A stretch of 64,000 nucleotides of DNA, taken from contig OY762069.1 in NCBI GenBank assembly GCA_963665095.1, positions 64,001-128,000 on the forward strand. Direction: 5' to 3'. Below are positions 21,214 to 32,511 of the stretch, piece by piece (within the stretch, counting starts at the first letter, position 1; every line of letters begins with the position of its first letter). The notes beneath the pieces are model-generated. The model did no database searches. It saw only the letters and a program-made list of their open reading frames with translations, and had not been told where the DNA came from. Both the position numbers and the translations under genes were made by a program. The stretch comes from an uncultured Desulfobacter sp. GTDB taxonomy: Bacteria; Desulfobacterota; Desulfobacteria; Desulfobacterales; Desulfobacteraceae.

Positions 21214-21747
21214 ATGAGGAAAGAAAATATTTTGGTAGTGGTTCTACTGGCCCTGGCCCTTGGCGGCGTTTATATGTATAACCGGCCGGGTCCTGATCTG
21301 GTGGTGGCGGCAGACATTACCCCTTCAGCAACCCTGCAGACAGCTTTGGCGGATACATCCCGGGAGATCATCTGGAATGATTATACCCCTGGAATGGCCC
21401 TGGCACAAAAAGACAAAAAAAGTGTTTTCCTTTATTTTCATGCCTCCTGGTGCGGCTACTGTGTGAAATTGAAAAATAATACTTTTAAAGATGACCGGGT
21501 GAAATCCTATCTGAATACCCATTTTATAAGCATCAGCGTGGATACGGACCAGCGCAAGAACCTTGCCCGGGAGTACCAGGTCAGAGGCCTGCCGACATTG
21601 TGGTTTCTTGAACCGGACGGAACAAAAATCAATAACCTGCCCGGGTATGTCGATGCGGACCAGTTGCTTCCCATTCTGGAATATATTCATACCCAGAGTT
21701 ACAAAACCATGAAATTTCAGGATTTTGTCAAACAAAAGAAATCCTGA
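21214..21747 (+). CDS. Membrane-anchored thioredoxin-fold protein (SoxW-like)
   Basis: N-terminal TM segment, WCGYC, RGLPT. Confidence 0.85.
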   Translation: MRKENILVVVLLALALGGVYMYNRPGPDLVVAADITPSATLQTALADTSREIIWNDYTPGMALAQKDKKSVFLYFHASWCGYCVKLKNNTFKDDRVKSYLNTHFISISVDTDQRKNLAREYQVRGLPTLWFLEPDGTKINNLPGYVDADQLLPILEYIHTQSYKTMKFQDFVKQKKS

Positions 21748-21882
21748 TTACGCCACTGCCGGCCCGACAGGTGAAATCCTGCTTGAACATCCCCTAGGAT
21801 TTGTGATAGCGCAAAGACAAGTAGTGCCTGAACGAAGTATTGAAGTCGTTTTTTGTGAATTATTCCCTGAAGGAGAAGTTGT

Positions 21883-23181
21883 ATGATACGGGTCGGTATA
21901 ATTGGCGGGTCAGGTCTGGATGACCCTGATATTCTGGAAAATCCCAGAAAGATTGAAACAGATACGCCATATGGTCAGCCCTCATCTGACATTATGGCCG
22001 GGCTGATCAATGATGTACAGGTGCTGATCCTGGCAAGGCACGGCAGAAAGCATCAGTACAGCCCCACCCAGGTAAATAACCGGGCAAACATCCATGCGCT
22101 TAAACAGGCCGGTGCCACCCATATTCTGGCCACCACAGCCTGCGGCAGTTTACGGGGCGAAATAGACAGAGGCCATTTTGTGATCCTGGACCAATTTATT
22201 GATTTTACCCGGTTCCGGAAAACCACCTTTGCCGACTCCTTTGAAAACGGGGCGGTACATACGGCCATGGCCCATCCTTTTAATGCGGGTTTAAGAGATG
22301 TCCTTTATGATGCGGCCACAGATTTAGGATTGCATGTGCATGAAAAAGGATGTGTGGTCACCATTGAAGGCCCGCGGTTTTCAACGGTGGCTGAGTCAAA
22401 TATGTTCCGGCTTCTCGGGGCAGATGTCATCAATATGTCCACAGCCCCTGAAGCCATGCTGGCCAATGAGGCGGGCATCCCCTATGCAGCCGTGGCCATG
22501 GCCACCGATTATGACTGCTGGAAGCAGGACGAGGCCCCTGTTACCTGGGATGAAATTTTAGCCGTATTCAACAAAAATGCCCACAATGTTAAAGAACTGC
22601 TCATAAAAGCGGTATCCGGAATAACCACCCAAACCACCACCCAGGAGAGACAAAACCAAATGGATTTAAAACAGACCATCAGAAGCATCCCGGACTGGCC
22701 CATAAAAGGGGTAATTTTCAGAGACCTCACCACACTGATGCAGGACCCTGACGCATTCCGGAGATCCTGTGATATCCTTTACGAACGGTATAAGGACAAA
22801 GGCCTGGATAAGATAGTGGGGATTGACGCCAGAGGCTTTGTTTTCGGTGCTGTACTGGCATACCGCTTAGGTATCGGCTTTGTTCCGGTTCGCAAAAAAG
22901 GCAAGCTGCCCCATAAAACCATTGAGCAGAGTTACAGCCTTGAATATGGTGAAGGTACGCTTGAGATGCATGAGGACAGCCTTAATCCCGGCGAGAAAGT
23001 GGTAATCGTGGATGATCTTATTGCCACGGGCGGTACTGTGGGGGCCACGGTCAAGCTGGTGCGTCAGCTGAAGGCGGACCTGCTTGAATGTGCCTTTATC
23101 GTGGAGTTGCCCGACCTTAAAGGCAGAGCCCAGATTGCCGACTGCCCTGTGTTCAGTATCACTGAGTTTGAGGGTGAGTAA
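21883..23181 (+). CDS. In-frame fusion of S-methyl-5'-thioadenosine phosphorylase (MtnP) and adenine phosphoribosyltransferase (Apt; internal ATG 22660)
   Basis: GIIGGSG, EGPRFST, TDYDCW (MtnP); IPDWPIKGVIFRD, VRKKGKLP, VDDLIATGGT (Apt). Confidence 0.9.
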   Translation: MIRVGIIGGSGLDDPDILENPRKIETDTPYGQPSSDIMAGLINDVQVLILARHGRKHQYSPTQVNNRANIHALKQAGATHILATTACGSLRGEIDRGHFVILDQFIDFTRFRKTTFADSFENGAVHTAMAHPFNAGLRDVLYDAATDLGLHVHEKGCVVTIEGPRFSTVAESNMFRLLGADVINMSTAPEAMLANEAGIPYAAVAMATDYDCWKQDEAPVTWDEILAVFNKNAHNVKELLIKAVSGITTQTTTQERQNQMDLKQTIRSIPDWPIKGVIFRDLTTLMQDPDAFRRSCDILYERYKDKGLDKIVGIDARGFVFGAVLAYRLGIGFVPVRKKGKLPHKTIEQSYSLEYGEGTLEMHEDSLNPGEKVVIVDDLIATGGTVGATVKLVRQLKADLLECAFIVELPDLKGRAQIADCPVFSITEFEGE

Positions 23182-23202
23182 TTGGTTTTGAAAGAAGAGG
23201 AT

Positions 23203-23667
23203 GTGCGGGTTTTCAGGCTGGGGATATCTGCCAGCCTGATGCTGGTACTTTTTTTTATTGGACCCGGGTGCTTGGTTGACCGGTTTGGCGGCCTGCGCCT
23301 GGATGCGGATGTAATGGCCCGGTACCAGGAGAAACAGCTTCCACCTCAATTAAAGTATTACTATTGCGGCCGGGAAAATATGCCCTATGCTGTGGTGGGC
23401 ATTGACCCGGCCTATACCTTTGTTTCAAAATTCTGGTTTCCCATTGAATACGGTCCGGACCTGTACCGCAAGATTGATCATTTAAGTAATCTGGAACCGG
23501 GCCAGGACATTGTATATGCGAAAACCATCCTGGGACCTTCCCACATCACGCTTGGTATGTGGTTTTCCTATTATCCTTCCACCGGCGTGGTGGTGGACGA
23601 GGCAACCCATCAGATCGAGGTATTCAATCCTTATAAACCGGAAACCCGCTTCCAGCTTTTTTTTTGA
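23203..23667 (+). CDS. Putative lipoprotein
   Basis: Signal peptide ending GPGC; start uncertain (23182 or 23203). Confidence 0.65.
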   Translation: MRVFRLGISASLMLVLFFIGPGCLVDRFGGLRLDADVMARYQEKQLPPQLKYYYCGRENMPYAVVGIDPAYTFVSKFWFPIEYGPDLYRKIDHLSNLEPGQDIVYAKTILGPSHITLGMWFSYYPSTGVVVDEATHQIEVFNPYKPETRFQLFF

Positions 23668-23740
23668 TCAATACCTGTGTTTCAATCGTTATAACATGCG
23701 TTTATCTGACTTGCGCCATTAACCTTATAAAGGCGGCACC

Positions 23741-26700
23741 ATGCTTCACCTGATCAAAAGCAACCGCATGGAGAATCTGGCCCAGGCACTATGCACTGTT
23801 ATCTCAGACGTTTTCCATGATCCCATGGCCCCTGAATTTATCGGTATCCAGTCCAGGGGCATGAAAAAATGGCTCTCCCAGGTGATTGCTGAAAAATTCG
23901 GGATCTGTGCCAATGTCCGTTTCATGTTTCCACGGCCCCTGCTGGAATATGTCCGGGAACAGTCCGGATGCAGGCGCGGGGATGGGCCTGTTCCATCGCT
24001 GGACCGGGAGATGATGGCCTGGGCAGTGCTGGATATACTCATGGATGACGGGGCGTTAGTTCCGGGATCAGAGGCAGATCCAACCGGCCCGGCCGCATAT
24101 CTGAAAAATGATGACACCGGCACAAAGGCCATGGCTCTGAGCCGGAAAATTGCCGCAGTGCTGGATGACTATCAGGTCTACCGGCCGGATATGCTGTCAG
24201 CCTGGACCCGGTCCGAATTCCAGGATTCAGCTGATGGCCATGCCATGTGGCAGGCAAAGCTGTGGCAGGCACTTATCCGGAAGGGATCACCCCTGCATGA
24301 CCAGATGCAAACCTGTCTCATGGAGATTGATACCCGGAAAGGGCTGCAGGCAAATCTGCCTGAGCGCATTTCACTGTTCGGAATGTCATCGTTGCCCCCC
24401 TCATTCCTGGAATTTTTTTATGGATTAAGCCGGAAGATAGAGGTGAACCTCTTTCTTCTGACACCTACCAGCCACTTTTTTTTTGATCTGTCCTCCCCGC
24501 AGCAGCAGGAGAAGATGGCACTGAGAAGCGGCATTCCTGTTGATCTCACACAGGGCAACCCGTTGCTCGGGGCTTTGGGGCAGGGCAGCCGTGAGGCCCA
24601 GGAGCTTCTGGAAAATTTTGATTATCACGAACCTTTTGATGATCTGTTTGTTGATCCGGTTGTCGATTCGGCGGCTCTTGAGAATGGGGACGATTCCCTG
24701 ACACCCCGGATGCTCGACGTCATTCAGTCCGACATCCTGAACATGGTCCGGCGGGCACCGGGCGCTGATCCTGAGCCGGGAATGTCCGATCTTCCCCTTG
24801 ACGTATCGCCCTGTGACCGGTCCATATCCATCCACGCCTGTCACTCCCCCATGCGTGAGGCCCAGGTACTCAAAGATCTGCTCCTGGATGCCTTTAACCG
24901 GAATTGTAACCTTGCCCCCCATGATGTGGTGGTGATGGTGCCAGATATTGAAGCCTATGCACCCTTTCTGGAAGCGGTTTTTTCCCAGGAGCCCCGGCTG
25001 CCCTATACGGTGTCGGACCGGCGGCGGCGTTCGGAATCGGAAACCCTGGAGGCCTTTTTAAACATACTGGCCCTGAAGGAAAGCCGGCTGGAAAAGTCAA
25101 AGGTGATGGCGCTTCTGGCCTCGCCTGTGATCGCGGATAAATTTGAGTTGCGCGTGCCTGACCAGGATCTTCTCTCCTCCCTGTTTGACAGGGCCGGTGT
25201 GTTGTGGGGCAAAGACGGTGCCCACCGCCAGGAGGTGCTGGGACAGCCCTATGAAGAAAATTCCTGGGCCTTTGGCCTGGACCGGCTCATGGCTGGCTTT
25301 GCACTGCCCGAGGGGGAAAGAGCCTTTATGCACGGGGTGCTGCCCTGTGACGGGCTGGAGGGGCTTGAGGCGGAACTGCTAGGAAATTTTGCCCATTTCA
25401 TTCACACGCTCTTTGATGCCCTGGATTTGATGGAAAGTGCCGTCACTGTGTCAGAGTGGGCGGCCCGGTTTAAGACCGTTGTATCCCGGATGCTGGTAAA
25501 GGACCTGGAGAATGACGGCGATGTGGCTGTGCTGCTGGAAGCCCTGGATGATATGGCAGGGGATGCCGAACGGGCCGGGTTTGAAAAGAAAATTTTTTTT
25601 CCAGCTGTTGCAAAAGTCCTCACGGCCCGACTGGATGTAAATGTTTCCCAGGGCAGTTTTCTGGGTGGCTGCATGACCTTTTGCAATCTGATGCCCATGC
25701 GCAGCATCCCCTTCCGGCTTGTCTGCCTCATGGGCATGGATACCAAAAGTTTTCCCAGGACCGGCATGTCTCCTGGGTTTGATCTGATCCGGAAGCATCC
25801 GCGACTGGGTGATAAACAGGAACGGCAGGAGGACTGCGGGCTGTTCCTTGAGGCGCTTCTGTGTGCCAGGGACCAGCTCATCATCACCTATACCGGCAGA
25901 AGCATCAGGGATAACTCCCCCATCCCCTGCGCCACGCCCGTGGCGGAACTTGAGGATACGGTTGAAAACAGCTTTATATTTCCCCATGGATTTCAGTGGC
26001 GGTACGACCATCCCCTGCATCCTTTCAGCCAGGATTACTTCAGACGTGATGAGCCCCGTCTTTTTTTTTCCTACGACACTGCCCAGTACCGGATCTGTCG
26101 CAGTCTGACGGGGGGGGATGCACTGCCGGGAGCAGCAGGGGGCGCTGGGAAATTCTTAGGTACACACCAGGCACAGGAGAGGCTGTCGCCGCCAGCGCCA
26201 TCTGAAAATGATGTGTTGGACGGGGCAGCCTCCACTACTATTGACCTGTCAGATTTCATCCGGTTTTTCAGGCATCCTGTCCAGTATTATGCCACCACCA
26301 TCCTTGGGTTGAACTATCCCGACCCCGGGGAGGTGCCCGAGGAGAGAGAGCCCTTCCGCCTTTCCGGCCTGGCCGTTTATCAGCTGGGATCTCTGGCTGT
26401 GGAAGACCTGAACCCTGAGACACTTTTCCCCATAGTCCGGGGCCGGGGCAGCCTGCCCTTTGGGAAAAAGGGAGAACAGGCATGGGAGCGGATCAATGAT
26501 CAGGCCGGGCCTGTGCGACAAATGGTAGAAAAGACCTTTCCCAAAGGCGCTGCCCATGTGATCGGTGTCAATATCCCCACCCGGTTCGGTGTTGTTTCCG
26601 GCCAGGTGGACCAGGTATATGATACGTGCCGTGCCGTGGCGGAATTTGGCAAGCTGACACCCAGACGTCTGCTGAACCAGTGGGTCATGCATCTGGCCTT

Positions 26701-27139
26701 TTCGTCTGTGGCGCAGACGTCCGGAACTACCCTGATGGTCGGGCGGGATCCGGACGGCAAACAACCTTCGGTCAGGTTTGAGTATAACGGCATTGCCCCG
26801 GACAAAGCATCCAATATGATTCAGGCGCTTGCCGGACTTTACACGGCAGGCCGGAAAAGCGTGCTGCCCTTTTTTGCGGATCCCTGTTTTTATCTGGCCC
26901 GGGATCTTTTTTCAAGAGAGTGGGATCTGTCAGATGCCTCCCTTGAAAAGGCACTTGTAAGAACCACCGTGCTTTGGGCCGGCAGTGACTATGTGCAGGG
27001 CGAGCTTGCCAATCGCTACACAGCACTTTTGTTCCAAGACAATAATCCGTTTTCAGATCCGGAGACGCTGAGAATGTCAGGGGTGCTGGAAGCGGGCCTG
27101 GCTGTATATCAACCCCTGCTGGAGCACCTGACCCCATGA
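23741..27139 (+). CDS. recC: Exodeoxyribonuclease V gamma subunit
   Basis: SNRMENL, HACHSPMREAQVL, LMPMRSIPF, HPLHPFS. Confidence 0.95.
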   Translation: MLHLIKSNRMENLAQALCTVISDVFHDPMAPEFIGIQSRGMKKWLSQVIAEKFGICANVRFMFPRPLLEYVREQSGCRRGDGPVPSLDREMMAWAVLDILMDDGALVPGSEADPTGPAAYLKNDDTGTKAMALSRKIAAVLDDYQVYRPDMLSAWTRSEFQDSADGHAMWQAKLWQALIRKGSPLHDQMQTCLMEIDTRKGLQANLPERISLFGMSSLPPSFLEFFYGLSRKIEVNLFLLTPTSHFFFDLSSPQQQEKMALRSGIPVDLTQGNPLLGALGQGSREAQELLENFDYHEPFDDLFVDPVVDSAALENGDDSLTPRMLDVIQSDILNMVRRAPGADPEPGMSDLPLDVSPCDRSISIHACHSPMREAQVLKDLLLDAFNRNCNLAPHDVVVMVPDIEAYAPFLEAVFSQEPRLPYTVSDRRRRSESETLEAFLNILALKESRLEKSKVMALLASPVIADKFELRVPDQDLLSSLFDRAGVLWGKDGAHRQEVLGQPYEENSWAFGLDRLMAGFALPEGERAFMHGVLPCDGLEGLEAELLGNFAHFIHTLFDALDLMESAVTVSEWAARFKTVVSRMLVKDLENDGDVAVLLEALDDMAGDAERAGFEKKIFFPAVAKVLTARLDVNVSQGSFLGGCMTFCNLMPMRSIPFRLVCLMGMDTKSFPRTGMSPGFDLIRKHPRLGDKQERQEDCGLFLEALLCARDQLIITYTGRSIRDNSPIPCATPVAELEDTVENSFIFPHGFQWRYDHPLHPFSQDYFRRDEPRLFFSYDTAQYRICRSLTGGDALPGAAGGAGKFLGTHQAQERLSPPAPSENDVLDGAASTTIDLSDFIRFFRHPVQYYATTILGLNYPDPGEVPEEREPFRLSGLAVYQLGSLAVEDLNPETLFPIVRGRGSLPFGKKGEQAWERINDQAGPVRQMVEKTFPKGAAHVIGVNIPTRFGVVSGQVDQVYDTCRAVAEFGKLTPRRLLNQWVMHLAFSSVAQTSGTTLMVGRDPDGKQPSVRFEYNGIAPDKASNMIQALAGLYTAGRKSVLPFFADPCFYLARDLFSREWDLSDASLEKALVRTTVLWAGSDYVQGELANRYTALLFQDNNPFSDPETLRMSGVLEAGLAVYQPLLEHLTP

Positions 27140-30100
27140 CAGAAACTTCTTGCCCTTTTGCCCCCTTGCCCCTTGATCCCTTTACTCTGGATCTTGAGCA
27201 GACCTGTCTCATCGAGGCCAGTGCCGGGACTGGAAAGACCTATACCATCACCACCCTGGTAGTCCGGCTGGTGGCCATGGGGTACCCGGTGGAATCCATC
27301 CTTGTTGTGACTTTTACCGAAGCTGCGGCAGCGGAACTGAAACTCAGAATCAGAAAGCGTCTGGTCCAGAGTGCCAAAGCGCTGTCAGGACAGGGTGGTA
27401 CCGAGGAAACAACCGATGATCTTATCCGGTTTCTGTCCGGGCTTGGAGATACAGACCGGATCTGCCGGCGGCTGCGCCTGGCCGTGGCCTGTTTTGACCA
27501 GGCCGCTGTGATGACCATCCATGCATTTTGTTACTCTGTGCTGCGGGACAACGCTTTTGAAAGCCGTGCCCATTTTGACATGGAGCTTCTGGTAAGCAAC
27601 CGCGGATTTGTGGCGCAGGTGGTGGCTGATTTTTTCTCCGCCCGCATCACATCGCTGGATCCCTTGTTTTTAAGCTTTCTGGATGCCGGCAATGTGACCC
27701 CAAAAACATTTGCTTCAGGGCTGCTGCGGGCGCTCTCCCGGCCGGAAACCCGTATTATTCCCCCCAAACCGGACTTTAGAGACATCAGCCTGCAATACCG
27801 GGAGACGGTCAGGGAAGCGGCCCGGATCGTGGTGGCTGAAAAAGAGTCCATTATTTCCTGCATCCAGACCCACAAAGGGGTGCAGAAACGAAGCTACACA
27901 AAAAAAAGTCTGCCCAACTGGCTGGACGCATGTATGGATGGGCTGAACAGAAAGCCGGATGGCAATCTTCTGTTTAACATGACTGAGAAGGGCGATGCCT
28001 TATACAAATTCACCCTGACCCGGCTTCAGGAAAAGACAGATCCGGGATATGCCCCGCCAGATCACAGGTTTTTTGAACTGTGTGAGCAGATTCTGGCATT
28101 CCATCAGGAGATGCAGGCCAATCTCATTGCCTTGCGATATCTTTTCCTGGAAGACTATGCCACTGCCCTTTTGGCCATGAAGCAGGGGCAGGGGGCCTGT
28201 TTTTTTGACGATCTGATCAATGATCTTGCAGCCGCCCTGGAAGGCGCTTCTGCCGGCGAATTGAAAAAAGCAGTGACCACCCGTTACCACGCCTGTCTCA
28301 TTGATGAATTCCAGGACACTGATCCCGGCCAGTATAAAATTTTTTCCATCCTGTTCCATGATCCGGGCACCCCGTTTTTTATGATCGGGGATCCCAAGCA
28401 GGCCATCTACGGGTTCAGAGGCGGTGATATCTTTACCTACATGGCGGCGTCCCGGGCCTGTGACCAGCGGTTTACCCTGACCTGCAACTACCGGTCTGCG
28501 CCGGCTGTGGTACAGTCGGTGAATACCTTTTTTTCGCAGGATGAAAATCCCTTCGGGTTCGAACTGATCCCCTTTACCCCGGTGGAAACCCCGGACAGCG
28601 CCTTTGAACGTCTTTTCCAGGACAATTCTCCCCTTGCCCCCACCCGGGTGGTCATGGTGGACAGAGACGGTTTTTCCTGCGACCGAAGCGGCATGATCAA
28701 AAAGTCTGACGGACAGGAATCCATACCTGATATCCTGGCCCGGGATATGCTCTCCATTCTTAAAAATCCAAAAATAAGCCTGGCTGCCGGGGGTGACAGG
28801 GACGGACCCGTAATATCAGCCCCTGTCACCCCTGGGGAGATGGCAGTCCTTGTGCGCACCAACAAACAGGCGGAACTGGTCTACCAGGCCCTGGCCCGGT
28901 ATGGCATCCCCTGTTATCTCTCCAGCACCGGCTCCGTGTTTGATTCTATCCAGGCCCGGGAGCTGTTTGATATTCTGTCTGCGGTAAACCGGCCCAACAA
29001 CATGGGATTGATCCGAGCGGCCCTGGTATCATCTGTCTATCAGGCGGATGAGGCATTCTTTTGCCGAATGGATGATGATGACGCGTTGGCCGGTTTCTGG
29101 CAGGAGCGGTTTGCAGCATTCCGGAAGATCTGGGAGGAGAAGGGCTTTGTTTCCATGATCACCACCCTGCTGCACGATGATGCCAGCGATCCTGCCCCCT
29201 GCATCCGGCTGGATGAACGGGGCCTGACCAATATTTTTCACCTGGTGGAGCTGCTTTCCAGAGCCTCCCTGAACCAGGGCAGGGATTTGTGGACTCCTGC
29301 AGGCCTGCTGCTGGAGTGGTTCAGAAAACAGCTGTTTGAAGAGACCCGGGATACCGGGAGCGATGACGAATTGCGCCTGGAAAGCGATGCCAGGGCCGTG
29401 GCCATTGTTACCATCCACAAAAGTAAGGGGCTTGAGTACCCCCTGGTTTTTCTGCCGTTTTTATGGGATGCCGGTACCCGCCGGGATAACGGGGCACCGG
29501 TGCTTTACCATGATCCCCGGGAGAATCATGCCCTTATCCTGGACCTTGGCTCTGACGAGAGGGACAGGGGACGGCAACTGGCCCTGGGAGAAGAGGCGGC
29601 AGAGGATGTGCGTCTGCTCTATGTGGCGCTGACCCGGGCATCGGCGGGGATCAGAGTCTACTGGGGCGGATTTGCCGGCGTCGAGAAGTCTGCCCTTGGC
29701 CGGTGGCTGCATAAAGAGGGGTGCAAAGAGGATTCGACCATGATCCGGGATCTGGACCGACTGTGTGATGCATCCGGCGGAAGCATTGGTGTCGTGCGGC
29801 TGATCCCTGAAGATCTGTCTGAGGGCTGTTTTAAGGCTGATCAGGCCGCCGGTGCCCGTTTTGCTGCCAGAACCATGAAGCGGGTGGTGGCGCCGTCCTG
29901 GCGTATCACCAGTTATTCCGCCCTGGCTGCCGGCCGGCTCCAGGATCTGAATCTGGACGGGCAGGGGGAGAGACAGGAGCCGGTTCCGGACATACCCATT
30001 GGGGGGGAAACACCCCCGCAGGATATCATTCCCCTGGCCGGTTTTCCCAAAGGTGCCGGTGCCGGTGATTTTTTTCACAAGGTGTTTGAAGAGATTGACT

Positions 30101-30756
30101 TCTGTGATGCCGCCACCATTGAACCGGCCGTGACCCGCAACCTTGACCGGTTTGGTTTTTCATTGCCCGGGACAGACTCAGATATCTGCGATGCCTTTCA
30201 AAGTGTATTGTCAACCCGGCTTGATACAGGTCAGGGCAACGGCTTTTCCCTGGATCAGGTCCCGGTGAACTGCCGCCTGGTGGAGATGGAATTCAATGTG
30301 TCTTTGAGCCGGTTTGAACCGGCCCGTTTGAGCCGGATCTTTGCAGAAGATGACACCGTCAGCGATTATGCCCCGAGAATATCAAATATGCAGGTGCCCA
30401 CATTCACAGGATTTTTAAAAGGGTTTATCGATCTTGTGGTCTGCCATGAAAGCCGCTGGTATATTCTGGATTATAAATCCAATTATTTAGGGGCCTCTTT
30501 TCAGGATTACCATGCCGGTGCCCTGAAACAGGCCATGGTCAGCCACGACTATATACTCCAGTACTATTTGTATCTTTCCGCCCTAGACCGTTATCTGACA
30601 CACCGCATGAAAGATTATGACTATGATACGCATTTCGGCGGGGTGTTTTATCTGTTCATCCGGGGCATGGCCAGGAAGAGAGACACCGGTATCTTTTTTC
30701 ACCGGCCCCGGGCAGAGGCTGTAACCCAGTTGCACTCTCTTCTTCTGGCTCGCTGA
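27136..30756 (+). CDS. recB: Exodeoxyribonuclease V beta subunit
   Basis: EASAGTGKT, DEFQDTD, GDPKQAIYGFRG, TIHKSKGLEY, GFIDL...LDYKSN. Confidence 0.96.
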   Translation: MTETSCPFAPLPLDPFTLDLEQTCLIEASAGTGKTYTITTLVVRLVAMGYPVESILVVTFTEAAAAELKLRIRKRLVQSAKALSGQGGTEETTDDLIRFLSGLGDTDRICRRLRLAVACFDQAAVMTIHAFCYSVLRDNAFESRAHFDMELLVSNRGFVAQVVADFFSARITSLDPLFLSFLDAGNVTPKTFASGLLRALSRPETRIIPPKPDFRDISLQYRETVREAARIVVAEKESIISCIQTHKGVQKRSYTKKSLPNWLDACMDGLNRKPDGNLLFNMTEKGDALYKFTLTRLQEKTDPGYAPPDHRFFELCEQILAFHQEMQANLIALRYLFLEDYATALLAMKQGQGACFFDDLINDLAAALEGASAGELKKAVTTRYHACLIDEFQDTDPGQYKIFSILFHDPGTPFFMIGDPKQAIYGFRGGDIFTYMAASRACDQRFTLTCNYRSAPAVVQSVNTFFSQDENPFGFELIPFTPVETPDSAFERLFQDNSPLAPTRVVMVDRDGFSCDRSGMIKKSDGQESIPDILARDMLSILKNPKISLAAGGDRDGPVISAPVTPGEMAVLVRTNKQAELVYQALARYGIPCYLSSTGSVFDSIQARELFDILSAVNRPNNMGLIRAALVSSVYQADEAFFCRMDDDDALAGFWQERFAAFRKIWEEKGFVSMITTLLHDDASDPAPCIRLDERGLTNIFHLVELLSRASLNQGRDLWTPAGLLLEWFRKQLFEETRDTGSDDELRLESDARAVAIVTIHKSKGLEYPLVFLPFLWDAGTRRDNGAPVLYHDPRENHALILDLGSDERDRGRQLALGEEAAEDVRLLYVALTRASAGIRVYWGGFAGVEKSALGRWLHKEGCKEDSTMIRDLDRLCDASGGSIGVVRLIPEDLSEGCFKADQAAGARFAARTMKRVVAPSWRITSYSALAAGRLQDLNLDGQGERQEPVPDIPIGGETPPQDIIPLAGFPKGAGAGDFFHKVFEEIDFCDAATIEPAVTRNLDRFGFSLPGTDSDICDAFQSVLSTRLDTGQGNGFSLDQVPVNCRLVEMEFNVSLSRFEPARLSRIFAEDDTVSDYAPRISNMQVPTFTGFLKGFIDLVVCHESRWYILDYKSNYLGASFQDYHAGALKQAMVSHDYILQYYLYLSALDRYLTHRMKDYDYDTHFGGVFYLFIRGMARKRDTGIFFHRPRAEAVTQLHSLLLAR

Positions 30757-30778
30757 TCAGGACACCGGGTTTCCCCCC

Positions 30779-31460
30779 TTATGCCTTGAATTGGCAGGTC
30801 ATCCGGCCCGGTTGGACAAAGACCGCTTCCAGCTCTTCTGCCTTGTTTCTTACCGATGCTGAAAATTTACTGATGGTTCTGGATTCAGTCAGGACATCGT
30901 TGATTTCTGAAGCCACCTGACCGGAGACCTGTGAGCTTTCAATGATATTGACATTGACGTCCTTGATTCCTGCGGAGACCTGCCGGATGTTTTCAGCAAT
31001 TTCGGTGGTGGTGGCAGACTGCAGGTCAATGGCGGAGGAGGCTTGTGTCACATAATTGTCAATCTGGCTGATGATGTCTGAAATCTGGTGGATCTCCTGG
31101 ACCGCGCCGTTGACCTGTTCCTGGATTTTTTGAATGTTTGTTGCAATATCCTTCTGTGGCCCCGGCCGTCTGTCCGGCCAGCGCCTTGATCTCTCCGGCC
31201 ACCACGGCAAATCCCCGGCCGGCTTCACCGGCTCTTGCCGCTTCGATGGTCGCGTTCAGGGCCAGTAAATTGGTCTGGGATGAGATATTATTGATGGTAT
31301 CTGTGACCTGGTTAATCTGATCGGCAGCATGGCCGAGCTGACTGACCCGCTCAGACGCCTGGCGGGCCTGTTTCACCGCTTTTGCCGTGATCGCCTGGGT
31401 CTGTTTGGCGTTTTCCGTTACCTTTTCAATGTTCTGGGTCATCTGTGCCGGCACCCAGGC
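30779..31460 (-). pseudogene. Methyl-accepting chemotaxis protein C-terminal fragment, frameshifted
   Basis: [30 protein letters not shown]; frame changes near 31150; N-terminus replaced by transposase sequence. Confidence 0.85.
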
Positions 31461-32511
31461 TGTGACCACCCCGTCTTCGGTAAAGTAATGTTGTGTATGA
31501 TTATGTTCGTTACGGTATTCACTGAGCATAGTGCTGTTCCTTAATTCCTGAAGGCTGATATCAAGAAGGGTTACAGTAATTTTTTCCTTTCTTTCCCGCT
31601 TGAAGGCGTATTCGGTAACGGTTTTCACAATCCTGTCCTCAAAGGCTTTGATGGTCCGTATTTCAATATTGTGCAGGCTTCGGTGTAAAGATTCCAGATG
31701 CGCCTTATCTTTGGGTGAATACACCCTTGAAAAGTCCGCCGCCAAATAGAAGCCTTGTGGTGTAGAATGCACAAGGTTCATGGCATTGATGGGGCGTTTT
31801 AGATTTAAAAATCCCTTTGCCTGATCAGGCCTGATACCGATTTTTTGCAAAGGCAAAGGGATGCTCAATAAAAAAACGGGTAAAAAGATCCACAGAGTTC
31901 AGGCTGCTTTCGGTAAAATAAAGGTCCAGGATAAACATGTTTTTGGAACCGGTATCAAATATTTCAATAACCTGTGGTTTTTGCCAGTTACCGTGTTCAT
32001 CCCTGATCCTTAAATATTGAAATTTGCAGCCGTCAATCTGGATCAAAGCAAATACCGGCACCGACTTGAAAGCATGCATCACCGGGACTTGCTCCTGATC
32101 ATCCTCTTTTTCCAGGTAAAATTTAAGATTTTCCCTTTTGACACATCTGCGAAGTGCCGGAAGACTGATGGTTCTGCCCAGCTCTTGTTCAAGCCAATAG
32201 TGATAATTTTTAATGGTCCTGGCTTTCCGGGTGATAAAAATGAACCCCTGGGATGAGGGATCACATGACGCCTTGACCATCTCAATAAACCGTTTTTTGG
32301 TTTGCTCATCTATTGCCCTTGGCCGTCCGCTGCACTTGCGGCCTTCCATAATTCCTTTTTCAACCAGCAAAAGGGGTGCCGGGATAATCCCGGTTTTCCT
32401 GTACTGGTCCTTGTAATATTTTTTGGATCGTCTCTTGGCAGACCCGGTTTTATTCATGACTTTTTTATGAAGCAGTAGATTAAAACGGTCATCAATGGTT
32501 AGATCATCCAT
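31460..32511 (-). pseudogene. DDE (rve-like) transposase/integrase, frameshifted and 3'-truncated
   Basis: QIDG / RPDQA / KAHLES spaced like a DDE triad; frameshift near the A7 run at ~31870; runs into the MCP relic. Confidence 0.7.

Noticed and set aside
31059..31868. 269-aa ORF as a novel transposase-MCP fusion protein
   Set aside because: Accidental in-frame junction of two truncated, frameshifted genes
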